From an uncultured Planctomycetota bacterium (GTDB lineage Bacteria > Planctomycetota > Planctomycetia > Pirellulales > Thermoguttaceae): a stretch of 64,000 nt of DNA. Made by a program: the position numbers and the translations under genes. The first letter of the stretch is position 1, and each line of letters starts with the position of its first letter. This document shows, piece by piece, positions 23,003 through 32,963 of the stretch. The stretch lies in contig CADBQY010000077.1 of NCBI GenBank assembly GCA_902796885.1, positions 126 through 64,125 of the forward strand, given 5' to 3'. The notes beneath the pieces are model-generated. The model saw only the letters and a program-made list of their open reading frames with translations. It did no database searches and was not told the DNA's origin.

Positions 23003-23770
23003 TTGACGAAACTCTTAGCGATCGAAACAACCGGATTACAAGGGAGCGTTGCCTGCGCTGATAAAGGGGAACTCCTGGCCTGTGAGCTCCTTCGCCCCGA
23101 TCAGCGGAGCGCGCAGTCTCTCGTCCCGGCAATCGACAAAATCTTAAAGTCGCAGGGGTGGTCTCCCACGGACTTGAACGGGATTGCGGTAGCGATCGGT
23201 CCCGGCTCCTTTACCGGTCTTCGAGTAGGGGTGGCGACGGGCAAAGTTCTCGCATGGGCATGCGGTGCGGCTCTCTACGGGGTCGACTCGCTCGAAGCCG
23301 CGGCCTGGACCATTGCCGCCGATCTCCCCGATTTTCTTCAAAATTCCGCCGGAAACCCACTTTACGCCGAAATTCTGAAACGCGAAGCCGTCATGGTCAC
23401 TATCGCCCTGAACGCGCAAAGGGGAGACGTTGTCTCGCGGGACTTTCTGATTCGACTCGGTCAACCGCGTCCGATTCCGCAAGATCCGTCGTTTCGGCTC
23501 GAACCGCTTGCCGACTGGCTAAATCGGCGGGTGAAAGGCTCATCGAAAGAAGTCTTTCCCCTCCTTTACGCCGGATCTCCCCTCGCCTCGCGGCGGCTGA
23601 AAACGACGCCGGAACAAATATCGGCATTCCTCCCTGAACCATTCGGCATCCCGACGGCCGACGGAGTTGCCAAGGCGGCGGCGACAGCTGCCCCGGCCGA
23701 TCCGTTCGACCTCCTTCCGATTTATTCCCGAGAGAGTGCCGCGGAAGAGAAAAGAAAAATGGCAAAATAA
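23003..23770 (+). CDS. tsaB: tRNA threonylcarbamoyladenosine biosynthesis protein TsaB
   Basis: The sequence LLAIETTGLQGSVA...IAVAIGPGSFTGLRVGVATGKVLAWA is typical of YeaZ/TsaB. The start is TTG. Confidence 0.8.
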   Translation: MTKLLAIETTGLQGSVACADKGELLACELLRPDQRSAQSLVPAIDKILKSQGWSPTDLNGIAVAIGPGSFTGLRVGVATGKVLAWACGAALYGVDSLEAAAWTIAADLPDFLQNSAGNPLYAEILKREAVMVTIALNAQRGDVVSRDFLIRLGQPRPIPQDPSFRLEPLADWLNRRVKGSSKEVFPLLYAGSPLASRRLKTTPEQISAFLPEPFGIPTADGVAKAAATAAPADPFDLLPIYSRESAAEEKRKMAK

Positions 23771-23860
23771 ACGATAATGTCTACTGCTGGGTAAAACAGC
23801 GAGTTTCATCCGAATCTATCGTTTCGATTCGGAAAACCAAAAAGGAAAGGATTTTAAACG

Positions 23861-24523
23861 ATGGCTGACACGAACAACGTTGAGGTTTATTGGCATCAGT
23901 TTGCCGTTCCGCGAAACGAACGGGAAGCCGCAAATAAAAACAAAGGATGCATCGTCTGGTTTACCGGTCTGAGCGCCAGCGGTAAAAGTACAATTGCCAA
24001 TATCGTTGACCATAAACTCTTTCGGCTCGGGAAGAAAAGCTTCGTCCTCGACGGCGACAATGTCCGCCACGGTCTGAACGCCTCGCCGAAAATACTCTCC
24101 GAAGAACATAGTGAGGAATTCTCGAAACGATTCGGGCTCGGATTCTCTGCGGAAGACCGCGAAGAGAACATCCGTCGAATCGGCGCGGTTGCCAAGCTCT
24201 TCGCCGAATCGGGAACGATCGCCCTGACCGCGTTCATCAGTCCGTACCGAATCGACCGCGACCGAGTCCGCAAAACAATGACGGAAAACGATTTCATCGA
24301 AATCTTCGTCGACACACCGCTCGAAGTCTGCGAAGCTCGCGACCCGAAAGGACTCTATAAAAAGGCTCGCGCAGGCGAAATGAAAGGATTCACCGGGATT
24401 GACGACCCCTACGAGGCTCCGCTCAATCCCGAGTTGGTTCTCGACGGCGCCAACAAGTCGGCGGAAGAGCTCGCCGACAAGGTCATCGCCTATCTCAAAG
24501 AACGCGGAATTCTTCTGTCCTAA
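23861..24523 (+). CDS. cysC: adenylyl-sulfate kinase
   Basis: The sequence GCIVWFTGLSASGKSTIAN...LDGDNVRHGLN...FISPY...ARAGEMKGFTGIDDPYE shows canonical APS kinase motifs. Confidence 0.9.
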   Translation: MADTNNVEVYWHQFAVPRNEREAANKNKGCIVWFTGLSASGKSTIANIVDHKLFRLGKKSFVLDGDNVRHGLNASPKILSEEHSEEFSKRFGLGFSAEDREENIRRIGAVAKLFAESGTIALTAFISPYRIDRDRVRKTMTENDFIEIFVDTPLEVCEARDPKGLYKKARAGEMKGFTGIDDPYEAPLNPELVLDGANKSAEELADKVIAYLKERGILLS

Positions 24524-24544
24524 ATGTAATCGGATCAATGTAAA

Positions 24545-24584
24545 AACCGACTCACTCGAAATTTCTCTCGGGTGAGCCGGTTTT
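24545..24584. terminator. bidirectional hairpin terminator between convergent cysC and the WYL regulator gene
   Basis: AACCGACTCAC...GTGAGCCGGTT forms a stem with one mismatch, flanked by an A-run upstream and TTTT downstream. Confidence 0.45.
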
Positions 24585-24608
24585 ATAACGGTGCTTTCAA
24601 ACGCGTGA

Positions 24609-25733
24609 TCAAGAGTGGCAATTCCTGCAGATTGCCCGAAGTTCGTCCTTGACTCGATTGCATATCTCTCGAGGCTCAAGTACTTCGGCGCTCTCGCCGA
24701 AACTCAATATCCACCTCACAAATGCTTCCGGCTCGGCGCTCAGTCGTCCGACATAGAATTCTTTCTCTTCGTCAACCGGTTCGGGTTTTTTGACCCATTT
24801 CAAGTTCAGCTCGTTCAGATAGGGAACAACCTTACGATGAAAGCGCACCTTAACCGTAATCTGGTCCTGATGGCTTTGGTCGAGTGAAAAAATCCCGCTG
24901 AAATAATTGTCGAACTCGAAGTTTTCGGGATGACGGAACTGAATCGCCGTCAATTTCACCCCGTGAATCCGACTCAGTTTCCAGAGGTACGGACGCGGAT
25001 TATCATTATTCGAATCGGCGACGTCTTTGTACTTGTAGGCGACCAGATAGATAAACCCGTCGTTATAAAGCAACCTGACCGGGATAACGGTATAAACCTT
25101 CCGCCGTTCCAATTCGACGCTATAATACAAAATCTTCAAACCGCGTCCGTGGTACAGACCCGAAACGATCGTATTGATAAACCGGCCGGAACGGTTATTG
25201 GCCGGGCGTTTGAATTCCGGACGGCAAAACATCGAGACAAGACGGTCGACCCGTTCGAGAGTCTCCTTTCTGAGGCAGTGGCGCATTTTATCGCAACCCG
25301 AACGCATATTGTCGCCGAACGCTGTTCCGCGCAAAGGCCCCATTAGCCGTTGCGCCACGCAAAAAGAGACCAACTCTTCCCGATTCAACCCTCGCGATTC
25401 GCTACCGTGATCGCTTCCGATCGGAATTCCCTCCATGGTGAAACGTCGTTTACCCCACTTTTCAAGCGTGGAGTCAAACCCGTTGAAAACCACGTCGAAT
25501 ATTCCTAAATCACGGCGGATCGTACGGGGACTCACGCCAAAATGGGCGGCAAGCTCTTCAATGGTATATCCGTCTTCGGAATCGATCACCATATTGATGA
25601 TCGCCCATTTGCGCCGAAAAGATTTCATATCGGCGTCGTCGGCAATTTCAGGAGCAATGGTGTTCTTCGGTTCTTTCGGAACGATGATCGTTGGTTTTCC
25701 GAGATCAATAGCGGAATTTTCTTGCGTTTTCAT
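24609..25733 (-). CDS. HTH + WYL domain transcriptional regulator
   Basis: The HTH reads YTIEELAAHFGVSPRTIRRDLGIF and the WYL core reads VIPVRLLYNDGFIYLVAYKY. The start is set at ATG 25733 (MKTQENS) because the longer track ORF overlaps the upstream gene end. Confidence 0.8.
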   Translation of the reverse strand: MKTQENSAIDLGKPTIIVPKEPKNTIAPEIADDADMKSFRRKWAIINMVIDSEDGYTIEELAAHFGVSPRTIRRDLGIFDVVFNGFDSTLEKWGKRRFTMEGIPIGSDHGSESRGLNREELVSFCVAQRLMGPLRGTAFGDNMRSGCDKMRHCLRKETLERVDRLVSMFCRPEFKRPANNRSGRFINTIVSGLYHGRGLKILYYSVELERRKVYTVIPVRLLYNDGFIYLVAYKYKDVADSNNDNPRPYLWKLSRIHGVKLTAIQFRHPENFEFDNYFSGIFSLDQSHQDQITVKVRFHRKVVPYLNELNLKWVKKPEPVDEEKEFYVGRLSAEPEAFVRWILSFGESAEVLEPREICNRVKDELRAICRNCHS

Positions 25734-25902
25734 TGTTTGAAACCGTCGGGTAAAGTGACGCGGCCCACGCCTGACCTCTTTCAAGGAACAGACGGAACAG
25801 ATTTTTAGCGGCAGGCCGAAACCCAAACCGCGATCTCCATATAATCTCCTTCCAGTCATTATACAGGAAAAAATTTTAAATAAAATCCCCGTAACGGAGC
25901 AT

Positions 25903-28011
25903 TCAGCGTTTTGTGCTGTTTTCCAGATAATAAAACCGACCGTCTTCGGCGCCGAGGACCAGATCGGGACGGCCGTCGGCATTAAAATCGGCGGTTGTCG
26001 GGCTGCTGGAATGACCCGCCAAGATTGTCGAACTCAGATCCCCCATATTCTCAAAGTACCAGTCCTCCCCTTCAACTTTGAGACAACGAAGAAGCCCGGC
26101 ATTGCGTGTATTGACCAAAAGATCGGGGAGTCCGTCCCCGTCCCAATCGGTCACGCTGATTTTCCGCCGACCGCTCGCTCCCGCTTTATTGGGGTTCAGC
26201 CGGAGCGGAACACCCTCCTGATCCATAAACGCCCGGCGCGGCGATTTGAGCTTCAGATCGCCTTTTTCATCGCGGTACCGTTCAAAGAGGACGAAATAAC
26301 CTTCAGTATCGAGCATCGAAAGATCCGCCAACCCGTCCCCCGTCCAATCATAGGCCAGCGGAGTGGTCCGCCACTGAGTCAGCAAAGCTTTTCCAGGCTC
26401 GCTCGGAAAAACTTCCGGCGGCCGACAGACGGGAAACGTATCGTTTTCGGGAGTCATCCACCCCCACTCTAGACGGGGCTGCGAACCTTCCCATTCCACC
26501 TCGATTCGACGCGGCGTGTCGAAAGCCGGTTCGGTCGCGCTGCCGATATTCCGAAGCCAGACCACTTTTCCTAAAATCGAATTGACGAGGACGTCCGGAA
26601 GACCGTCCGCGTCCCAATCAGTCACCGAAACGGCCGTATAGCCGTATTTTCGTTCGATCGGCCCTTGAATTGAACCGCTGATCCCGGCCGTGATCCGAAA
26701 AACCTCGTCCCCGTCTTTACCGCGTGCTTTCAGATAGATCGGCCGCGCCCATGTCGGAAACTCCTCGCCGGGAGACGAAAGGTTCTTGAAAAAGAGGATC
26801 GTTCCTTCCGTCGTTCCGGTCACGATATCGACGGAGCCGTCCCCGTCGATATCGGCACAACAGGGCGTTGCCAGCGACGAGGCCTTCAGCTCGTCCGCCT
26901 CCTGTTGGAAATAGAGAGGACGTTTGAAAAGAGGAACAGAAACCGGCGTGGACCAAGCCCCTTCCCCGGAGGTCACCTTCATAAACTTGCCGGTATTCTC
27001 AAAAAAAGAAACCCGCCCGTCTTCGTTCCCTGCGATAATGTCGGGAAATCCGTTGCCGGTCCAGTCGAAGAGAACCGGAGTCGGCATACAGAGATTTTCG
27101 CTGGCGAATGTCCCATCCTCAAAAAGAACCGGAACTCCGGGGGCGTAGAGCGGTTCTTCCGCCGTACCGATATTCTCAAAATAGGTAAAATGCTCAATAA
27201 ACTCGCCGCAGAAAAGATCAAAATCCCCGTCGCGGTCAAAATCGGCGAAGTTCGGGCTCGGCCAGGCGTAGGTTTCAATCTCCTTTCCGTCAACCGTCTG
27301 CAAACGATAAGGCTTTTCATAAATCGGGTTATCTTCGGTCCCGTTGTTGATCATCACGTAGACCCAACCCGATGCCTGCGGGTTCTGCCAAATTCCCGCG
27401 GAATCATAAGCGTTGTCCCATCCGTACTTGGTCCAGTCGTCAACACCGGCAACAAGATCGGTTCGGCCGTCGCCGTTGAAATCGACATGCTTCCACATAT
27501 TCGCCCGTCCGTCGGGAGGCAATTCCGTCAGCCCCGGAATCGGTTCGGGCCGGTTCATCCCCGTTTCGGCAAATTCGGGATACCGTTTCCCGCGGGATAA
27601 AACACGAAGCGATCCGTCGATCCAGCTTGGCACAAGGTTCCTGTCGGCACGGCTGACCGGTTTACCCGCCGGTTTAAAGACCGGCATCGCGGCGTTCGGA
27701 ACGGGAACCGGGGATTCGGGCGGTGTCCCACATCCCGGCAGTTCGGAAGTTATCGGAAGACTCTCAAAGCGAAAAACGCCGTTATACGGAACGCATTCGC
27801 TACTGACGATCAGATCGAGTCGGCCGTCGCGATTAAAGTCGGCCGGAATCGGCCAGCTCCAAAGGCCGACCGCCAGATCGTCGAGGAGACCGGGATGATT
27901 GTAACGCATAATCGTCAGTTCCGGCTTCGCCTCGTCTTGAGCGAGACATGGCAGCAACGCCAGAAATAGAAAAATGACGGTAATCAGGACAAGACTCCTC
28001 ATTTCTCTCAT
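25903..28011 (-). CDS. secreted FG-GAP/VCBS repeat protein
   Basis: It has a signal peptide and at least 9 repeats of the type DFNGDGRTDLVAG, DIDGDGSVDIVTG and DWDGDGLPDLLVN. Confidence 0.85.
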   Translation of the reverse strand: MREMRSLVLITVIFLFLALLPCLAQDEAKPELTIMRYNHPGLLDDLAVGLWSWPIPADFNRDGRLDLIVSSECVPYNGVFRFESLPITSELPGCGTPPESPVPVPNAAMPVFKPAGKPVSRADRNLVPSWIDGSLRVLSRGKRYPEFAETGMNRPEPIPGLTELPPDGRANMWKHVDFNGDGRTDLVAGVDDWTKYGWDNAYDSAGIWQNPQASGWVYVMINNGTEDNPIYEKPYRLQTVDGKEIETYAWPSPNFADFDRDGDFDLFCGEFIEHFTYFENIGTAEEPLYAPGVPVLFEDGTFASENLCMPTPVLFDWTGNGFPDIIAGNEDGRVSFFENTGKFMKVTSGEGAWSTPVSVPLFKRPLYFQQEADELKASSLATPCCADIDGDGSVDIVTGTTEGTILFFKNLSSPGEEFPTWARPIYLKARGKDGDEVFRITAGISGSIQGPIERKYGYTAVSVTDWDADGLPDVLVNSILGKVVWLRNIGSATEPAFDTPRRIEVEWEGSQPRLEWGWMTPENDTFPVCRPPEVFPSEPGKALLTQWRTTPLAYDWTGDGLADLSMLDTEGYFVLFERYRDEKGDLKLKSPRRAFMDQEGVPLRLNPNKAGASGRRKISVTDWDGDGLPDLLVNTRNAGLLRCLKVEGEDWYFENMGDLSSTILAGHSSSPTTADFNADGRPDLVLGAEDGRFYYLENSTKR

Positions 28012-28035
28012 CTATTGGTCTCCTCCCAAAGCGGT

Positions 28036-30075
28036 TCAGTCGAACATCGGAGTACTGTAATCCCAGAATAAGGCATACAGACAAATGGTGGTGATCACCA
28101 CTAAAATTCCGATAACGACCGCAATCTTCGAGAACGAAAGATTGAGCGTCGTCTTTGCCTCGAGGGCAAATGCCTCTTTGCGCGGAGAGAGAACGGTGAT
28201 GACCAAGTCAAGTACAATGATGGCAAAGAAGGTAACCACCATTCGGTTCAAGAAATCGAGGCTCGGCACAAAGACGTGCAGACAGCCGTAAATGACCGGG
28301 CAAAGTAGGAGCGATACCACGCCGCAAATCGAAGGGGCCCGCTTCACGCAGAATCCGATAGCGAACGCCGCAAGAATACCGGGGGAAATATACCCCTGGA
28401 ACTCCTGGATAAATTTGAAAATTCCGCCGAAACGGGGATTCGCCAGCTGCGGAGCGAGCCAGCAGCCGACAATGACAAAGACAACAACCGCCATGCGGCC
28501 GACGGAAACAAGATGCCGGTCGGAAGCCCGTTTGCCGAAATACTCCCTGTAGATATCCATGGTGAAGATGGTCGAGGCGGCATTGAGCATGGCGGCGACC
28601 GAACTGATAATTGCGCCAAGAAGCGCGGCGAGAAGGAAACCTTTGAACCCGCCGCGCGGAACGAGTTTCTTTACCAGGAGAGGAAACGCCGCGTCGTAGT
28701 CGCAGAAAGCCACGTTGGGGTTGAAACTGTAATCGAAAGAAGGATCAGTCCTGTCCTTTTCGAGAAGCTTCGCCTTAAAATCCTCGTGCATATCCCCCAA
28801 ATCGTCCTCGGTTTCGTCAAGTTCAACCTCGATAATCGCCGCGTTGGCCAGTAGCATTTCTCGTGCTTTTTCGGGATTCCTCTCACCAAACTCGTCGGTA
28901 AACGAAAAGAGCGCCTCGTCGGCGAGGGTGGTGTCTTCGCCACTTCGAATCTGCTGAAGGCGTGTCATTTCGGCGGCGGCATTTTCAGCGGCACTCTGTT
29001 TCATATCACCGTAATAGAGATTGTAGGCGATGATTCCCGGAAAGACGATAATGAACGGAATGATCAGTTTCATGACCGCCGCGAATACGAGCCCCTTCTG
29101 CCCCTCGGCCAAACTCTTCGAACCGAGCGTTCTTTGAATGATATACTGGTTCAGTCCCCAGTAGTAAAGGTTCGGGATCCAGATTCCCAGAAGGAGCGCC
29201 GTAATCGGAAGAAACTTATCGGACGACGGCAGATTCATCCTAAGTTTCCCGAGGTTAAGCTCACGGAATCGCTCAATGGCACCGTGATCGGACAAGGAAT
29301 CCAGATTCCCAGAAAACTCAGCAGCGTGCATGGGAGCGGGAGTGAGAGTCTGCGGATCCGCCTGACCTAAGGTATGCAGGGCAAAATAAAGAACGATCGC
29401 CCCGCCGACAATGAGAGCCGACCCCTGGAGAAGATCGGCCCAGGCGCACGCTTTCAGACCGCCGGCAAAAACATAGGCCGCAGCCAGAATCCCAATGAAC
29501 CAGCTGAGAGTGGTAAGATTGACCGGGTCGCCGGCAAAAATGCCGCTTGCGACACGGAACTCGGAAAAGACGACGTCAAAATATTTCGCCCCGGCGTAGG
29601 TCACGGCGGTAAAGTTGACGGCGATGAGCATGATCACCATCATCAGCGACATGATCGTACGAGCCCCTTTACTGAAACGGTTTTCGAGGTATTCGGGGAT
29701 TGTATAAATTCCGGCCCGTAGAAAACGCGGCAGGAAGAAGAACGCGACGATAACCAGCGAAAGAGCGGCAATCCACTCGTAACTGGCGACGGCCATTCCG
29801 ATATAGTCCGAGGCGTTCCCCGACATTCCGATGAACTGTTCCGCCGAGATATTGGCGGCGATAAGCGAGACGCCGATCAGCCACCACGAAAGTCCGCGTC
29901 CGGCCAGAAAATACGATTCGCTTCCCGTGTTCGATTTGCGGCTGACCGAAAAAGCGGTGAAAATGACGGCCAAAAGGAACAGGACAAAGACGACAATGTC
30001 GGCACAATAACCGCGTGTTCCCTCTACCGCGGTATCGGAAACAGATTGCGCCAACAGAAACAGGTTCGACATCAC
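28036..30075 (-). CDS. sodium:solute symporter (SSS family, SGLT-like)
   Basis: This is a 679-aa polytopic membrane protein. The N-terminal pattern YFLAGRGLSWWLIGVSLIAANISAEQFIGMSG is typical of SSS transporters. Confidence 0.85.
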   Translation of the reverse strand: MMSNLFLLAQSVSDTAVEGTRGYCADIVVFVLFLLAVIFTAFSVSRKSNTGSESYFLAGRGLSWWLIGVSLIAANISAEQFIGMSGNASDYIGMAVASYEWIAALSLVIVAFFFLPRFLRAGIYTIPEYLENRFSKGARTIMSLMMVIMLIAVNFTAVTYAGAKYFDVVFSEFRVASGIFAGDPVNLTTLSWFIGILAAAYVFAGGLKACAWADLLQGSALIVGGAIVLYFALHTLGQADPQTLTPAPMHAAEFSGNLDSLSDHGAIERFRELNLGKLRMNLPSSDKFLPITALLLGIWIPNLYYWGLNQYIIQRTLGSKSLAEGQKGLVFAAVMKLIIPFIIVFPGIIAYNLYYGDMKQSAAENAAAEMTRLQQIRSGEDTTLADEALFSFTDEFGERNPEKAREMLLANAAIIEVELDETEDDLGDMHEDFKAKLLEKDRTDPSFDYSFNPNVAFCDYDAAFPLLVKKLVPRGGFKGFLLAALLGAIISSVAAMLNAASTIFTMDIYREYFGKRASDRHLVSVGRMAVVVFVIVGCWLAPQLANPRFGGIFKFIQEFQGYISPGILAAFAIGFCVKRAPSICGVVSLLLCPVIYGCLHVFVPSLDFLNRMVVTFFAIIVLDLVITVLSPRKEAFALEAKTTLNLSFSKIAVVIGILVVITTICLYALFWDYSTPMFD

Positions 30076-30271
30076 TCACCTCTTATGAGTAAAGGGGGCC
30101 ATAAAACGAAACGGATTAAATCTGATGACGGAATTATAAGAGAAAAAGTAATCCGATTCAAGTGTTTTGTGCCGAACCGATCTCTTGATGCGGGCAAACA
30201 GTTCCGCCCGCAAACTTCGGTTAAACCTAAAAACAGACTCGCCGGGGAATTAATCCGAAATACGGATACCC

Positions 30272-30868
30272 TCAGCCGAGCGAAGCGAGAAACGAATCGA
30301 CCGTCGGCACCTCGCCGAATATCGGTGCGATCTGGCTTGTCACATACTCGTGAATTTCACGGGAAGCCGAAGCGCATGCCTCGGTGATCATTCGGACTCG
30401 GAACCCCAGGTCATAGGCGCTCCACGCCGTCGCCTGGGCGCAAACATTCGTCAATTGGCCGGTCACGATCAGATTTTTAATCCCGGCAAACCGGAGAATC
30501 TCCGCCAGATTGGTGTGCGAAAACGCGCTGAGGGAACGTTTCCCCTCAATAACGACCTCTCCCTCGATCGGACGGAGTTCGTCGATAATCTCGTGTCCCC
30601 AGCCGCCCGGCGCAAAAAAGCCTCCGTCGTAAATCCCTTTCAAAAGCCCTTCCACCTGACAGTTTTCACTCCAAGCGCGGTCTAGGGTAAAGGGTGAATG
30701 AATCACTTTGCATCCCGCACGCCGGACACCGTTCAGAAGACGCTGCGCGTTGGCCACGGTTCCCAGACGGGACAATTCCGACTTCACGGTATCATAGAGA
30801 AGACCGTTCGGATGACAAAAATCATTTTGAAATTCAATGAAGATGACCGCGGTCTCATTCGCGTTCAT
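30272..30868 (-). CDS. isochorismatase-family cysteine hydrolase
   Basis: The sequence AVIFIEFQNDF...LIVTGQLTNVCAQATAWSAYDLGF shows the D-K-C triad context. Confidence 0.75.
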   Translation of the reverse strand: MNANETAVIFIEFQNDFCHPNGLLYDTVKSELSRLGTVANAQRLLNGVRRAGCKVIHSPFTLDRAWSENCQVEGLLKGIYDGGFFAPGGWGHEIIDELRPIEGEVVIEGKRSLSAFSHTNLAEILRFAGIKNLIVTGQLTNVCAQATAWSAYDLGFRVRMITEACASASREIHEYVTSQIAPIFGEVPTVDSFLASLG

Positions 30869-30895
30869 AGGTCGGTTCCTTTCTTCCTAAGGGGA

Positions 30896-31936
30896 TTACT
30901 TCCAGCCGTATTCCTGCCGTACCTTCACCATCATTTCGAGAACGTCGTTCCAGGTCTCCTGTTTGAGCATCACGTCGTTCGGGAACATACAGCCGTCCCA
31001 ACAGATATGGTTAAACATTTTAAGGAGGCCGTCTTCGTCTTTGAGCCAAAAACCGGCGTACTTCACGATATCAAGTTTTCCGTTCGGGTCTTTCGGAAGG
31101 CAGTGCCTACCGGTCTTGTCGTGCGAGCCGGATCCGAACACGGTGGCGTCATTTTGCGCGATATGCAGATCGACCGTCCAGGGACGAAGTTTATCGGTCA
31201 TCTTGGCATAGGCGGCGTCGAACGTCGCAGTGTCGGACCAGTCGAAATGTTCGGGAAGAAGACGGTCTTCCGGCGCGTTGTATCCCAAAAGGTAAAGAAG
31301 CGTATGCGCCAGGTCAGCCTGAAATCGAAGTGTCTGCGGACGGTCAACCATCTCCAAAAGCTCGAGCATTCGCCTCCAGCTGTGCATCCCTCCCCAGCAG
31401 ATTTCGCCTTCGGCGGCCAGGACTTCGTCGTACTCGTTCGCAATGTCGCAGGCGGCGTCGAAAGTTTCGGCCAGCTGTTTCTGGTTCCCCTCCGGGTCTT
31501 TCATCCACTCGGCCACCGATGTCGAAGAATCGATTCGAACGCATCCGTTCGGACGAACCCCCAGATCGCGCAACTCTTTGGCAATCGAACAACCGAGCCG
31601 CACCCGATCGAGAAAATGCTTCCGTTTTTCTTCCGAACCGATCGCCGATCCGCTCCAGATCGGCGCGACGACGGTACCGATCTCCAGGTTATAACTGCGG
31701 ACAAGTTCGGCCATCTCTTCGGCCGCGACGTGCCCCCCTTCGACGTCGTAGTGGGGATGATCCAGGAACAAGTCGACCCCGTCGAAGCGGACGCCTTCGT
31801 ACTCGGCGTTTTTGGTCAGCTCAAGCATCTGCCGCAGTTCGATCACCGGATTATCGGGAGACCCTTTCCCGACCACGCCCGGCCAGGTCGCGTTATGTAG
31901 TTTCGGAAAATTTTTCTGAGCTTTCGGTCTTGCCAT
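30896..31936 (-). CDS. sugar phosphate isomerase/epimerase (xylose isomerase-like TIM barrel)
   Basis: This is a 346-aa ORF. The call rests on general family resemblance and its sugar-locus context. Confidence 0.6.
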   Translation of the reverse strand: MARPKAQKNFPKLHNATWPGVVGKGSPDNPVIELRQMLELTKNAEYEGVRFDGVDLFLDHPHYDVEGGHVAAEEMAELVRSYNLEIGTVVAPIWSGSAIGSEEKRKHFLDRVRLGCSIAKELRDLGVRPNGCVRIDSSTSVAEWMKDPEGNQKQLAETFDAACDIANEYDEVLAAEGEICWGGMHSWRRMLELLEMVDRPQTLRFQADLAHTLLYLLGYNAPEDRLLPEHFDWSDTATFDAAYAKMTDKLRPWTVDLHIAQNDATVFGSGSHDKTGRHCLPKDPNGKLDIVKYAGFWLKDEDGLLKMFNHICWDGCMFPNDVMLKQETWNDVLEMMVKVRQEYGWK

Positions 31937-32030
31937 CGATCATGACTCCTAAATCGTATCTCGACTGCGCCGTTTCTACAACACGGGCCGGCACATTCGA
32001 CGAATTGTCCGCATATTGTTCAACGTAAAA

Positions 32031-32963
32031 TCACCCTGCCGGTTCCGCCGGGGTAACTGAGGGGGAAATGGAGGCGTCGGGCCAGTATCGAATCGGATCC
32101 TGTTCGCACCGACTCACCCAAACCGTCAGCGCGGGAAAAAGGGTGGCCAGGCGTCCCGCTATCGTTTCCATCGCAAAGTGCTCGGTCGCGTAATGTCCCG
32201 GTAAAACCAACGTTAGACCTAACTCTTCGGCCAGGAGCGCGCCGTGAAAACGCGCCTCGCCCAGCAGGAGAGCGTCGGCGCCTGCTCGAGCGGCCTCGGT
32301 AATAAAATCGTCGGCGGCGCCGCAGCCGATTGCCAGACGCCGGAGTATACGGTTCGGATCACCGACATAGGTCAGGTTCGGCTGATGCAACTTTTCGCGA
32401 ACCGATTGCAACAGGCTCGAAAGGGACGTCGGTTTGGGAAACGTCCCGAGACGACCGCTCCCCAAAAAGGCGCCGACCTCACCGTTCAGAACATGCGCCT
32501 TCCCCGGCGCGATCCCCTGAATCATCGCGGGGGAAGCGGTCAAGTTCCCCTCATGGAGGGGAACCACGTCGACAAGACCGAACAGGTCGGCCAGCTGCCG
32601 ATTCACCCCCCAAAAGGCGGAATCGTGAGCGGTATGCGGGCTGTAAACGGCGACTCCACCCCGAATGAGAGAAAGGAGAATCGAACCGGTCGGAGTTTCA
32701 CTCGTCCAGCGTTTTTCGGCGCGAAAAGGAAACGGGTGGTGCGAAACAATCAGATCCGCCCCCTCTCGAACCGCCTCGCCGACCGTCGAAGAAGTCACCG
32801 ACAGACAGGTCATCACCTTACGAATTTCTTTTTCGGTCTGACCGAGCAAGAGCCCCACGTTATCCCACTCCTCTGCCAGAGGCAGAGGGCAGGCGGCGCG
32901 GAGCGCGGCGGTTAACTCGTTACAGGTGACCATAGATCGTTCCCTCGAACCCAAACCGATCAC
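32031..32963 (-). CDS. Nif3-family dinuclear metal centre protein
   Basis: The sequence shows LAEEWDNVGLLLGQ and LIVSHHPFPF. Either the GTG start at 32963 (GTGA overlap with the upstream stop) or ATG 32933 could be used. Confidence 0.75.
   Translation of the reverse strand: MIGLGSRERSMVTCNELTAALRAACPLPLAEEWDNVGLLLGQTEKEIRKVMTCLSVTSSTVGEAVREGADLIVSHHPFPFRAEKRWTSETPTGSILLSLIRGGVAVYSPHTAHDSAFWGVNRQLADLFGLVDVVPLHEGNLTASPAMIQGIAPGKAHVLNGEVGAFLGSGRLGTFPKPTSLSSLLQSVREKLHQPNLTYVGDPNRILRRLAIGCGAADDFITEAARAGADALLLGEARFHGALLAEELGLTLVLPGHYATEHFAMETIAGRLATLFPALTVWVSRCEQDPIRYWPDASISPSVTPAEPAG

Noticed and set aside
24609-25982. 457-aa version of the WYL regulator ORF
   Set aside because: The 83-codon N-terminal extension overlaps the 3' end of the FG-GAP gene and looks non-protein-like. 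ATG 25733 (MKTQENS) was chosen instead.
30698-31900. 400-aa + strand ORF
   Set aside because: It is antisense to the sugar isomerase gene and has no motifs.
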